Origin: a virus
IMG/VR virus record: IMGVR_UViG_3300016667_000726
Location: 18,083-82,082 of that record
Strand: one strand, 5' to 3'
Length of the DNA: 64,000 bases
Shown here: positions 36,458 to 46,104 of the stretch, in pieces
How the letters are laid out: every line of letters starts with the position of its first letter
Position numbering within the stretch: the stretch's first letter is position 1
Position numbers and translations under genes: made by a program
The notes under the pieces: generated by a model
Told to the model about the DNA's origin: nothing
The model's input: only the letters and a program-made list of their open reading frames with translations
Databases searched by the model: none

Positions 36458-38932
36458 CTACTTGGCGTCGCCCCATGACTCGGCTGTATCCATCGAGATG
36501 GCGATGGGCACTCGCATATCGAACGGATCTTCCATCAACTGGCGCACTCGAATCTTGGCCTTCTCGATCAACTCTGGGTCCTTGGGGACCTCAAACACCA
36601 GCTCGTCATGGATCTGGAGTAGCAGTCGGCAGCCATAGCTTCTTAGCTTCAGGTCACTCTCGCACTTCAGCATGGCCTCATTGGTGATGTCAGCCGCTGT
36701 ACCCTGGATGATGGAGTTGACCGACTGCCGCTCAGCCTGCGCCGCAACTCCGCGATCGTAAGATGCGATGTCAGGCAGTCGGCGATGCCTACCGGTGTAG
36801 GTCTGAACGAAGAGGTTCCTCTTCGCGGACTCATGGGTCTCATCGATGAACTGCTTCACACCAGGGTAGGCGGAGAAGTACGCGTCGATGAGCTTCTCGG
36901 CCAACGCGCACTTCTGGAAGACGCGCCCATTCTTGCGGCTCACAGACTCAGTGATCGGGAGGTTGAGCTGGCGCCCCAGCTTGACCGCGCCGATGCCGTA
37001 GAGAAGTCCGAAGCCAATCGCCTTCATCGCAGAACGGACATCCACGAGCTGTAGATCCCGAGGATCATTGCTGCCCGCCTCAACTGCCTTCTTCGCGTTC
37101 TTTAGGTCGTCGTAGTCGAACGCGTCCTTGGTCATCCCAGCTTCCCGGATGTACTCCGAAGCCAAGTGGCCAGTCCAGCAGTGCAGATCCAGGTCATCCT
37201 TGATGGCCTTGATCATGTTCTCATCGCCAGAGAAGTGCGCCATGATGCGCATCTCCAACTGCGCATAATCGGCGACCAGGAGCTCCATCGGGAAGTCATC
37301 TGGTAGGTTCGGTACTGGCGCGTCGACCAAGTGATCCATGCACCAGTCGGGGCTGCAATCACCCCACCGACCCGCGATGAACAGCTTGCGGATCTTCCGC
37401 CCCATGTCTCCCTTAGCCGGGATGTTCTGGAGGTTGGGATCCGACGAGCTGAGGCGGCCAGTGACGGTGCCGGTCTGCTTGAGCGAGGTGTGGACACGAC
37501 CTCGGTGATCAACCCAGTCCTGCATGTTGTGGACATAGGTGCCGTACAGCTTGCTGACAGCGCGGTAGTCCACAATCGCTCGGCTGAGTTCATGGCCGCG
37601 CTCAGCGTACGACTCAAGGACTTCCTTGCTCGTAGAAGGGGCCTTCACGCCAGTCGTTCCGCCTCCGGTCATGTGCAGGGGTTCTCCCCCAAAAGGGTCG
37701 ACCCACGATCCGTCTGGCAGTTGCTTGAACAGCGCGTCCCTCAGCTGCTGAGTGCTGTTGGGGTTCATGTCGAACCCGGCCAGCTTCACGATCTCCCTCT
37801 CGATGCGGCCCATCTCCTTGCGCATGGGCTTGTCCAGCTCATCCGCAGCGACTAGGTCGATGGAGAGGCCCCTGCGCTCCATGTTCCAGAGCACCCGAGT
37901 GAAGGGTACAGACACGTCGAAGTAGTAGTCCTTCAGCGTGTATGGCGTTCCTTCGTCATCAAAGAACATGTCCTGGCCATCGAGCATCTCCGTGTAGAAC
38001 GTCTCCACAAGCGCGTTCGATGCCCACGCGTCAAGTGAAGAGTAATCGCCTACGAGAAGCTCCAAGATCTCCAGCGGCTCGCCCGGAACTTCGACCATGG
38101 ACTTGAGCTTGTCCATCAGCAGGACATGCGCCTCCTCAATGAGCTCCTGCTTCTCCAGCAGATGCTTCATGCTCTCTCGATCCGTGGCCGAGAGCTCGAG
38201 GTCGCGCCCGTACAGCAGGCTGAGGAAGTCATTGACGAACCCGGCCTTCCCGCCAGTCTTAGGCGCAAGGCCATACTCGCGAGCAATCCTCACCAGAGTC
38301 GGCTGCGGTTTCAGCACATACCCTGCCTTCTCAGACAGGTAGAGCTTGCGGATCGTGTCGAGCAGCTTCTCGTCGCCGCGCGCATGTCCGAGGAGAACGA
38401 GAACAGCAACGGCCTCATCCACGTCCCTGGCCTCCAGGATGTCGTGGATCTTGACTAGGGTCTCGACCTCATTGTCTGTCTTGCCGACGTCTCCGAAGAC
38501 GACCTTGAAGGGAAGCATGCGGAGCCCGAGGTGCTCCTTCGCGGTGTCCTTGAGTCCGTGGCCGCCACGGCGATTCTCGTCGTAGAGCCAGTCAGCCGGC
38601 AAGGTGTCATGGACAGGGCCACGGATGATGATGCCGTGGTTAGCAGTCCAGTGCAGATCGACTCGTGCGTTCGTCATGCGCTTGGCGATCTTTGGGTTCG
38701 TCAGCGCGTCCTCAAAGTATGGCAGCAGCCGAACTGGCAGAGCGATGCGGTGATCAAGATCCCCGAACGATGCGAACTTGATGCGAGTCTTGATTGGGTC
38801 GAGGCCGTTGGTCTCGGTGTCATAGCCGAAGGCCGGCAAGCTCCCGAAGTACTTGGCCCAACGACGCGCTTCCTCCTCCGTAGTGATGTAGGTTGGATCC
38901 GGGGTACGGACGAACTGATAGTTGGAGCCCAT
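36458..38932 (-). CDS. polA: DNA polymerase family A (3'-5' exonuclease + polymerase, no 5'-3' exonuclease)
   Basis: ExoI YDTET, RLSSSDPNLQNIP, motif A ADYAQLEMR, motif B KAIGFGLLYG, motif C QIHDEL. Confidence 0.95.
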   Translation of the reverse strand: MGSNYQFVRTPDPTYITTEEEARRWAKYFGSLPAFGYDTETNGLDPIKTRIKFASFGDLDHRIALPVRLLPYFEDALTNPKIAKRMTNARVDLHWTANHGIIIRGPVHDTLPADWLYDENRRGGHGLKDTAKEHLGLRMLPFKVVFGDVGKTDNEVETLVKIHDILEARDVDEAVAVLVLLGHARGDEKLLDTIRKLYLSEKAGYVLKPQPTLVRIAREYGLAPKTGGKAGFVNDFLSLLYGRDLELSATDRESMKHLLEKQELIEEAHVLLMDKLKSMVEVPGEPLEILELLVGDYSSLDAWASNALVETFYTEMLDGQDMFFDDEGTPYTLKDYYFDVSVPFTRVLWNMERRGLSIDLVAADELDKPMRKEMGRIEREIVKLAGFDMNPNSTQQLRDALFKQLPDGSWVDPFGGEPLHMTGGGTTGVKAPSTSKEVLESYAERGHELSRAIVDYRAVSKLYGTYVHNMQDWVDHRGRVHTSLKQTGTVTGRLSSSDPNLQNIPAKGDMGRKIRKLFIAGRWGDCSPDWCMDHLVDAPVPNLPDDFPMELLVADYAQLEMRIMAHFSGDENMIKAIKDDLDLHCWTGHLASEYIREAGMTKDAFDYDDLKNAKKAVEAGSNDPRDLQLVDVRSAMKAIGFGLLYGIGAVKLGRQLNLPITESVSRKNGRVFQKCALAEKLIDAYFSAYPGVKQFIDETHESAKRNLFVQTYTGRHRRLPDIASYDRGVAAQAERQSVNSIIQGTAADITNEAMLKCESDLKLRSYGCRLLLQIHDELVFEVPKDPELIEKAKIRVRQLMEDPFDMRVPIAISMDTAESWGDAK

Positions 38933-38967
38933 TGGCTCTCCTCAAGTAGTAGGGAGCTACGACAAAT

Positions 38968-38999
38968 GCGGCCCCGCGATCAAGTGACCACGGAGCCGC
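38968..38999 (-). terminator. Intergenic stem-loop between SSB and polA
   Basis: Minus strand GCGGCTCCGTGGTC-ACTT-GATCGCGGGGCCGC (14 bp with G-U pairs), followed by ATTTGT. Confidence 0.55.
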
Positions 39000-39019
39000 A
39001 GAACCTACTGGATGTCCGG

Positions 39020-40351
39020 TCAGTTCCGGAAACGACGACCTGAGCTAGGAGCCGAACCCGCAGCGCTGGGCTTGCCACGAGAACGACGGGCAGAGCTATC
39101 GGTCTCGCCGCCCTCATCCTCCGACTCCCCGCCGGACGAGTATGACCGGCGAGCGGCACCCGCCTTGTAGGGGTTCTCGATTTCCAACCAGCCCGCGACG
39201 ATGTCGTTGTCAACGGGCTCGTGGATCGCATCGAAGTTGAACTGGTTCGTGACGAGTGGAGCGACCTCGTCGATGAACTTGAAGTTGCCCTCATCGTCGA
39301 CGATTGCCGCACCGCTCTTGTCGGTCTCAACAATCGGGCGGCCGTCAGCCGCGAGGAACGTGTCGAGCGGAACCACCTTGTCGATGACGATGGTAGTCTG
39401 CGCGCCCTCGCCAGCCTTGTGGAGGAAGGCAACAACCTGATCCCAGGAGTAGGGCTCGGGCTGATCGCAATCATCGCACTCGTAAGCCGGATCGGGGAAG
39501 TCCGTCACACCACACTTCGGGCACGACTCCTGCTCCTTGTCGAAGCTGGCGAGCATATCCTCGGTGGCGTCGTCCTCATTCACGTTCAGGAGTTCGTGCC
39601 CGCAGTGCGCGCACTTGAACCCAATCTTCGTGAGGTTGCCTCCGCAGCGGCAGAGCTCCGCAGCCTTGTCCGCAATCTCCTCGATGCAGCCAAGGTGGCC
39701 AAAGCCAACCTCGAGGAACGCCTTGCGCCACAGTCGGATCTCACCGTCGTCAACGAGGTCCGCGAGAGACTCGGGGCTGGAGAGCAGTTGCTTGCGCTCC
39801 TTCAGATTCTCAACGGGAACCCACCGCTTGATGATGTCTCCGCGCTTGTACTTGCCCTCGGGGTGATCCGAGTCGTAGCGCAGCACCTTCCCATCGCGGT
39901 CGGTTGCGTCCACCTGCTCGTACAGGTCAAACTCAAGCGCGTTGATGGAGAACTTCGAGCGAGGGCGAGACTTAGGCTTGCGTCCACCGTCGATCTTCTT
40001 GTTGCCGCGCTCAAACTCGTCGCACGCGAGGCACGCGCTGCCATCGTGGAACCGGCGGCAGGTCATGCTGCGGTAACCGGACGCAGCTCCCTTCTTACCA
40101 GGGAGCGCGAACGTGTGGACATGGCGAGCGTGGTACGTCAGCGTCGCTTCGCCGCTATTGCGGTCGATCGACTCAGCACGCCGATCCGCGTACTCTCCAG
40201 CAATCAGCAGGATGCCCTGCTCCTTGCCCATCTTGTTGTGATCCAGCTTGAGCTGGTCGCGCCAGTTGCCCTTCCAGCCCTTGCCGCTGCTCTTCGGCTT
40301 GGCCTTCTCCTGGCGAATGGACTGACGCATACGAATGTTCTTGGTGGCCAT
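39020..40351 (-). CDS. Putative gp32-like single-stranded DNA-binding protein with zinc ribbons
   Basis: H...C...CLAC zinc site, additional CRC/CAHC/CPKC/CDDC pairs and a charged C-terminal tail; located between primase and polA. Confidence 0.5.
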   Translation of the reverse strand: MATKNIRMRQSIRQEKAKPKSSGKGWKGNWRDQLKLDHNKMGKEQGILLIAGEYADRRAESIDRNSGEATLTYHARHVHTFALPGKKGAASGYRSMTCRRFHDGSACLACDEFERGNKKIDGGRKPKSRPRSKFSINALEFDLYEQVDATDRDGKVLRYDSDHPEGKYKRGDIIKRWVPVENLKERKQLLSSPESLADLVDDGEIRLWRKAFLEVGFGHLGCIEEIADKAAELCRCGGNLTKIGFKCAHCGHELLNVNEDDATEDMLASFDKEQESCPKCGVTDFPDPAYECDDCDQPEPYSWDQVVAFLHKAGEGAQTTIVIDKVVPLDTFLAADGRPIVETDKSGAAIVDDEGNFKFIDEVAPLVTNQFNFDAIHEPVDNDIVAGWLEIENPYKAGAARRSYSSGGESEDEGGETDSSARRSRGKPSAAGSAPSSGRRFRN

Positions 40352-40354
40352 TGG

Positions 40355-41380
40355 TTACCCCTTCGGGTTTGATCGTTTGACTCGCGCCACGAGCTCGGGG
40401 TGAAGCCGAGTGAAGTGGCTGAATGGAATTGCGTTGTCTACTGCTGCGGTAAGCTCATCAGGCGACAAGTCGTCTGGCTGGAGCTTGGGGTCGTCTGAGG
40501 GGTAGCGGATTACGCGAACCCTTGTCTTCCCGCGCAGCTTATAACCGCTTCTTAGTGTTCCGAGTAGCCCTGCCTCGTTGTTATCGAGACATAGGACCAC
40601 CGTCCCACCAAGATGCTCTAGGAACCTCAGCTGCTCATCCGTCGCAGTGCTGCCCAAGATGGCCCCTGTAGTTGGGTAGCCATTCTGGACCATCCAGAGG
40701 CAGGCCTTGAAGCCTTCAGTCACGTATGTTGTAGGCTTAGGCCCTTCAGCAAGGAAGGCGGGGTAGATGCGGTCGCAGCGCCACACGAGTTTCCTCGGGT
40801 CTAGGTCCTGCCCGCGATACCCAAGCTCCTCCAACTCTGTCGTGTAGATCTTGTACTTGGGTCCATCCCCAGACAGCCTCTTTCCGGAGATGCCTGCCAA
40901 GTACCCGTCAACGTCTCGCAGAGGAAAGGTGATTCGGTTTCTGTCTTGGTCTACTCCTATGTCGTTGTCTTGCAGTACCCACTCCTCAAAGCCCTCCTTG
41001 ATCAGCTCTTCTGGGACCCAGTCGAACAGTCCAAGGATGCGCTCCGGGATGGGATGCTCAGTCCGAAACAATCCCACACCATCTCTAGAGAGAGGCGTGG
41101 CCTTCCTGACTCCGGGCTTCTTCAGCGAGCGCTTGACCTTCTCAAACGCCCTTTCGGCTTTGGTAGCCGTCGTGACGTTCTTGAGGAAGCTGAAGAGCGC
41201 GCCGCCTCCGCAACCTGCGAAGCAGAACCACTGACCCGTCTCCGTGTTCACGCTGAGTGAGCGCTTCGACGTCTTCGGATCCTCTCCGTGGATAGGACAG
41301 AACCCTACGTAGTTGCTGCCTGCGCTGGCTTTGAGACCCGGAACATACGTCTCGAAGATCTCAAGCACGCCCTGGCTCAT
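40355..41380 (-). CDS. dnaG: DNA primase (CHC2 zinc finger + TOPRIM)
   Basis: CPIH...SLSVN...WFCFAGC; VTEGFKAC; LCLDNNEAG. Confidence 0.9.
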   Translation of the reverse strand: MSQGVLEIFETYVPGLKASAGSNYVGFCPIHGEDPKTSKRSLSVNTETGQWFCFAGCGGGALFSFLKNVTTATKAERAFEKVKRSLKKPGVRKATPLSRDGVGLFRTEHPIPERILGLFDWVPEELIKEGFEEWVLQDNDIGVDQDRNRITFPLRDVDGYLAGISGKRLSGDGPKYKIYTTELEELGYRGQDLDPRKLVWRCDRIYPAFLAEGPKPTTYVTEGFKACLWMVQNGYPTTGAILGSTATDEQLRFLEHLGGTVVLCLDNNEAGLLGTLRSGYKLRGKTRVRVIRYPSDDPKLQPDDLSPDELTAAVDNAIPFSHFTRLHPELVARVKRSNPKG

Positions 41381-41381
41381 G

Positions 41382-42785
41382 CTACTTCCTTAGACGAGAT
41401 TTGCCTCTAGTGAGCTTAGTTGGATGCGCCGGAGTCTGTGTGGGTGCGGCAGGAGCTGCGTCTCCGCTACGCCCATCAACCTTCTCGGCGTTCTCGAAGA
41501 ACTCCTTGACGTTGACGGTCGCAGACCGAAGTGAGAAGTCCTTGCCTGGGATCGCGTTGATCACGAATGGGGACATGTCCCCATCACGTACACCCGGGAA
41601 CATGAACATCAGCATCGGATGGCCCTCGGGAGCTTTGCCCTTGACCACCTGCATGACGATGTCCGCATCCTGGCCGATCGCATCAGCGAACGCGATGTCA
41701 GAGAGGTCGGAGCCTCCCTTGTTCTGCGCAGCTGCACGATTTGCCTGACAGGTGCCGATGATCGGCAGGTCCATCTCCAGAGCAAGCTCCTTGATGTCTG
41801 CCGACACGTTGCCGACCGTCTTCCAGTCGCGATCCTTCTTACCTGAGCGCGCATCCCTCATGAGGTAGAAGCCGTCCACCACCAGCAGATCCGGCTCGAA
41901 CTTCTCGATTCGAGCGCGGAGACTGTCGATCGTGGAGCCGCCACGTACGCCCTTGTCGGACAAGAACAGAAGTCCTGGCTTACGCTGGGTGTCCTCTGCC
42001 CATGTCTGCTCAAGGTCCTCAAGGTCCGCGAGCACGTCGAAGAAATGATCCTCGTCCTCGGGAGACAGCGAGCCCGTACGGATCTCGCCGTCGTCCAGCT
42101 TGGCGACGATGGACGCACACCTGCGGCGCATCTGCTTGACGGTCATCTCCTTGGAGTAGACCGCTACGCGCTTGCCGCAGTCTAGGTACGCATGTACGGC
42201 GATCGCACACGCTACCCACGTCTTCATCTGCTTCGGCCTTGCGAAGACGACAACGAACTGGCCGGGTTGAAGTCCGCCGGTCTCCTCATTGAGCGGTCCC
42301 CATGGGTAGGAGATGCCAACGATGCCACCTGCGTGCTTCATCGCGTCGTAGTCGGCCCGCATTTCCTCAGCCGCTCGGGACAGCAGAGAGCCGCCCGAGT
42401 CTGAGAACTCTACAAGTGTGTCTCGGAGCTGCGGGATGTGCAGTTGGAGTGCCTCCTCGGGATCTTCATCCCCAGACTCCAACTTCTCCAGCAGATCCTC
42501 AAGCACCTGAAGCGCCTCAGATCGAATGTTGTTGCTCCGTAGCTCACGTAGCTGGGCCGAGATGGGATCTCGCGAGGGACAAAACTCGAACTGAGGAAAC
42601 TTCCTCAGGAACCGAGTCTTGGATGGCACAGCTCCGTCTTTCTTGACCTCGTCGAACAGCCACCGAAACGCAGAGTGGCCATCCTCCGTCAGGAAGTGAT
42701 CTGGGACCGTGCCCGTGGAGTGGACTGTGCGCCAGTCCCCTTGTTCAATGATGTTTGAGATCAGTTGTAGTTCTACGTGCGCCAT
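41382..42785 (-). CDS. dnaB: DnaB-like replicative helicase
   Basis: LNEETGGLQPGQFVVVFARPKQMKT, YSKEM, VVDGFYLM, TCQANR, IGQDADIV. Confidence 0.9.
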   Translation of the reverse strand: MAHVELQLISNIIEQGDWRTVHSTGTVPDHFLTEDGHSAFRWLFDEVKKDGAVPSKTRFLRKFPQFEFCPSRDPISAQLRELRSNNIRSEALQVLEDLLEKLESGDEDPEEALQLHIPQLRDTLVEFSDSGGSLLSRAAEEMRADYDAMKHAGGIVGISYPWGPLNEETGGLQPGQFVVVFARPKQMKTWVACAIAVHAYLDCGKRVAVYSKEMTVKQMRRRCASIVAKLDDGEIRTGSLSPEDEDHFFDVLADLEDLEQTWAEDTQRKPGLLFLSDKGVRGGSTIDSLRARIEKFEPDLLVVDGFYLMRDARSGKKDRDWKTVGNVSADIKELALEMDLPIIGTCQANRAAAQNKGGSDLSDIAFADAIGQDADIVMQVVKGKAPEGHPMLMFMFPGVRDGDMSPFVINAIPGKDFSLRSATVNVKEFFENAEKVDGRSGDAAPAAPTQTPAHPTKLTRGKSRLRK

Positions 42786-42798
42786 GTGTGTTGGTCCT

Positions 42799-43092
42799 CT
42801 ACAGCGGCTCGTCTTCGGCTTCGATAGGACTCTCGATCAGGCGGAGATCGCTCTTCTCGAGACCAGCACCTACCCGCAACACCCGCCGTACGTGACCCAT
42901 GAAGTTTGCCGCAGCAGCGCGAAATTCGTCATCCTCAAGCATGGCCAAGTTCATCGTGCCGCTGCCGACCGAGTTGGACCCGGACTCGGACATGACGAGA
43001 TGGACGTTGTACCGTACCGTTAGGGTAGTCACGTCGTAGCCGTCGCTCCCTAGGGTGATCTGCCTAGGGAGCAGCTCGACTTCAATGCTCAT
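42799..43092 (-). CDS. Hypothetical protein (97 aa)
   Basis: AAGGGG SD; overlaps the upstream stop. Confidence 0.55.
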   Translation of the reverse strand: MSIEVELLPRQITLGSDGYDVTTLTVRYNVHLVMSESGSNSVGSGTMNLAMLEDDEFRAAAANFMGHVRRVLRVGAGLEKSDLRLIESPIEAEDEPL

Positions 43093-43478
43093 TTACCCCT
43101 TCCTCGACCCTTGGCTGGAGTCCTGGAGGCTTCGGGATCGTAGTCGTCATCGTCCTGCTTCCAGACTTCCTCGGCCATCTCCAACATCTCAGGCAGGTAC
43201 TCCTGAGATAGAGCGACAGCCAACTCACGTGCGTCCCGGATGCTGCGCACATCCTGGTTGCACGAGAGACTGACGGAGCAGAAGACGCTCGACCCGGCAC
43301 CCATGTACTTGGCGGCGCGTTCTGCGCTGACCGTAACCCGAGCCTGGGCATTGCCGAGGAGGGCCTCGGCCTCGTCTTCCTTCATTTGGACCTCCTTGTG
43401 GGTGATGTCCGCGTCGAAGTCCTGAGATGCGCGACCAGATTTTTCTGCCCGGCCGCGCATGGTCCCAAGGACCGCCAT
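43089..43478 (-). CDS. Hypothetical protein (129 aa)
   Basis: TGATG coupling; operon context. Confidence 0.55.
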   Translation of the reverse strand: MAVLGTMRGRAEKSGRASQDFDADITHKEVQMKEDEAEALLGNAQARVTVSAERAAKYMGAGSSVFCSVSLSCNQDVRSIRDARELAVALSQEYLPEMLEMAEEVWKQDDDDYDPEASRTPAKGRGRGK

Positions 43479-43948
43479 CAGAGCTTGAGCTCCTTAGGCG
43501 GCGTGACGCGCACGGTCCCTTCCTTCTTCTCGACGAGCTCCTGATAGAAGGCCCGACGAGCAGCGGGGAGGTACTGGAGGTTCTTCGGGTCTGCCGTGTA
43601 GGCGAGAACCTTGGCCTCGAGGAGGATGTCCAACTCTCCACGGATCTTGGCCTCTTCGACAACGGCCTCCGGATCCATGAACTCCACTACGGAACGAGAC
43701 ACCGCAACCGTGACGCTGCCCACAGTCACCCGATCCTCTCCGCTCTCCTTGGCCGCCTTCTTCAGATCCTCAAGCATGCGCTCGTGGTCCTTGAGGGCCG
43801 CTTGGTATTCACGCCACTCATCCGGGTGCTCCGTGATGAAGAACGCGGTCACCTGCTCAATGAACGCCTTGGTGTCCTGGATGTCCTGGACGAGCTTGGC
43901 GACGGCATCCTGCTTGCGCTCGGGCGGCGGGGTCTTCTTGATGGCCAT
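43478..43948 (-). CDS. Hypothetical coiled-coil protein (156 aa)
   Basis: GAGG SD; operon context. Confidence 0.55.
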   Translation of the reverse strand: MAIKKTPPPERKQDAVAKLVQDIQDTKAFIEQVTAFFITEHPDEWREYQAALKDHERMLEDLKKAAKESGEDRVTVGSVTVAVSRSVVEFMDPEAVVEEAKIRGELDILLEAKVLAYTADPKNLQYLPAARRAFYQELVEKKEGTVRVTPPKELKL

Positions 43949-43951
43949 TGT

Positions 43952-44713
43952 TCACCTCTCTGGGAACGAAGTCCCATACTCAAGTTGGTATTGTTGGTTG
44001 AGTAATTCCAAGGCCCACTTCAGGTCTTGGATCGTAGCGTAGGTCTCCCCACGCTCCTTGGATACGAGTCCCTGATCCCCCTTCCTCAGCAGGTACGCCG
44101 GGTGGAGAATCGCCAGCATCGGATACCGGACCATCTCTCCCGTCGCGGGAGACGGAATCGAGATGTCGTAGATGGTGCCCCTATCTTTCGTAATCTGGAC
44201 CACCTTGCCCATCAGGGCGGAGGCGGCGGTCTTCCCAGCTGCAATGATGATCCTCGGATCTACTGCATAGATGGTCCGAATCAGCCGGTCTCGGCACGCT
44301 TTGATCTCCGAGGGGATCGGAGTTCGATTGTCCTCTGGGCGACACTGCACGACGTTAGTCCACAAGATGTGGTCATCGAAGAAGTCGCGCAGGGCCTCCC
44401 AGTAGGAGGAGTTGTCGCCAGCCCTCTCATCCCACATCTCTTCGATGCGCTCCAGCTCCTCACTCTCTGGCCAAGCCGACTTCAGCATCTCCATGAAGAG
44501 CTGACCCGCCTTGCCCACAAAGGGGACTCCCTGCTCATCCTCATCAGCGCCCGGTGCCTCTCCTACAATCAGGATCGGCGCGCTAGCGCTTCCCGAGGCA
44601 TGAACCACCACCTGACGAGAGGCACAGAGGGCGGGGCATTGGTTGCACCCGTCATAGACCTCGATCAGTTCTCCTAGGGCGGAGAGCCCAAGGAGAGGTC
44701 GTTCGTTGTTCAT
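43952..44713 (-). CDS. Uracil-DNA glycosylase family 4 (Fe-S)
   Basis: CNQCPAL, IVGEAPGADED..G.PFVGKAG, NVVQCRP, ILHPAYLLR. ATG 44713 overlaps the helicase stop. Confidence 0.9.
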   Translation of the reverse strand: MNNERPLLGLSALGELIEVYDGCNQCPALCASRQVVVHASGSASAPILIVGEAPGADEDEQGVPFVGKAGQLFMEMLKSAWPESEELERIEEMWDERAGDNSSYWEALRDFFDDHILWTNVVQCRPEDNRTPIPSEIKACRDRLIRTIYAVDPRIIIAAGKTAASALMGKVVQITKDRGTIYDISIPSPATGEMVRYPMLAILHPAYLLRKGDQGLVSKERGETYATIQDLKWALELLNQQYQLEYGTSFPER

Positions 44714-46098
44714 CGTAGTTTCTCCCTTCCTCGTTTTGAGGGCACACCTCTCGTTACCCATCCTCTCTCATGACAGTATCGGATGATGGACCACACGAGG
44801 CCGTCGCACATCTCGATCCCTCGGTCCCAGTAGAGGCGGGCGATAGGTTGAGGTTTGCCGGGCAGATCCCGAAGGACTCGCCCAACACACTGATTGAAGG
44901 CAATCGCCACGTTGTCTCGAGCTCCTGGAGGAGTCACGATGTGGATAGTGTCCAGGTCCTTACGGTTGTAGGACTCAGACCCAATCCCAACGGTGGTGAA
45001 CACCAACTTGCCAGTACCCAACTGACGCAGACGCTCATCCCCCTTCATGGATTGAAGAATCAACCCGGATCCGGGGAACCGGCGGTGCAGCTCCTCAACG
45101 TGCTTGGGGGAGTGACTGATCACATAGATCGTCCTCCCGTCATCCAAGTCCTGTTGAATCTTGGCGCAGATGAGGTCGTTCCTGGCCTGGTTCTCTCCCA
45201 GAACTCCACGGAGCTTCCCCATGTGGACCTCTCCGGTCTTGTCCTTACTGTCTTTGTTTTCCTGCTCGGAAAGGACGAGCCCGGTCTCCTCAATCACGAT
45301 CACCGGAGTCAGGTCCGGTTCTGTGTCTGAGTAGACGATAGGGCCTAGGTGGGCCAGGAAGATGCCCTCAAGGCCGTCTGTTCTCTCCTTCTCAGCGGTC
45401 AGGCCCAGCCTCTGCCCCTGCACCACATTTGAGGCGAGCCCAAAGTAGGACGCGGACATGTGATGCGCCTCGTCGAAGATGCCCAGGGCGAAGTGCCGGT
45501 GAAACTCCCAGGGCAGGGATCCGTCCTTCACTAGTCCTGCGACTGCCTGAACAGTTCCTAGGACAATGTCCCGGTCCCATTCCCGCTTACCATCCCCCAG
45601 CCATCCGACCGAGCCAGAGAAGTCGTAGAACTGCTCAAGCTCCTTCATGGCATTGAGTAGATGGGCTCGCTGCGGAGCTAGGAATAGCACTGGGCCGCCG
45701 ATCTCGGATGCTCGATACCAAGCAAGCACTGTCTTGCCGCGGCCACACGCTAAGTTGAGCGTCGTATCCTGACGCCCCCACTGACTTAGGGCGTTCATCG
45801 CTGTGAGCTGTCGGTCCCTAAGATGAAACGAAGCCTTAGGCTTAAGCCTAATAGGGCGGAATGACTTAGGGCGCAGATCAGTCAGAGGTATTGAGAGTTG
45901 CTCAAGCTGCTTGAGAGTAAACGCGTTGCGGGGGACTTCCAAGTGGTAGGGGTGATGCCGTGCAAGAGTGACCGCATCCTCCCCAACCCCAAAGGTCATC
46001 GCCGACTCGACGGACTTCTCAATGATCAGGTCTTTGGGCAGAAACAAATCCGCCCCAAGAAACCCCCTGCCGGGCTCTAGCTTGACAAGCCGCGCCAT
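44710..46098 (-). CDS. Superfamily 2 helicase (UvsW/XPB-like)
   Basis: ACGRGKT, FDEAHH, LGLTA, QCVGRVLR motifs. Confidence 0.85.
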   Translation of the reverse strand: MARLVKLEPGRGFLGADLFLPKDLIIEKSVESAMTFGVGEDAVTLARHHPYHLEVPRNAFTLKQLEQLSIPLTDLRPKSFRPIRLKPKASFHLRDRQLTAMNALSQWGRQDTTLNLACGRGKTVLAWYRASEIGGPVLFLAPQRAHLLNAMKELEQFYDFSGSVGWLGDGKREWDRDIVLGTVQAVAGLVKDGSLPWEFHRHFALGIFDEAHHMSASYFGLASNVVQGQRLGLTAEKERTDGLEGIFLAHLGPIVYSDTEPDLTPVIVIEETGLVLSEQENKDSKDKTGEVHMGKLRGVLGENQARNDLICAKIQQDLDDGRTIYVISHSPKHVEELHRRFPGSGLILQSMKGDERLRQLGTGKLVFTTVGIGSESYNRKDLDTIHIVTPPGARDNVAIAFNQCVGRVLRDLPGKPQPIARLYWDRGIEMCDGLVWSIIRYCHERGWVTRGVPSKRGREKLR

Positions 46099-46104
46099 GG
46101 TGCC

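Noticed and set aside
39221-40372. 383-aa + strand ORF (and other long antisense ORFs such as 30115-30714, 23585-24034, 50307-50909)
   Set aside because: Shadow ORFs antisense to well-supported genes in GC-rich DNA; no motifs or SD support.
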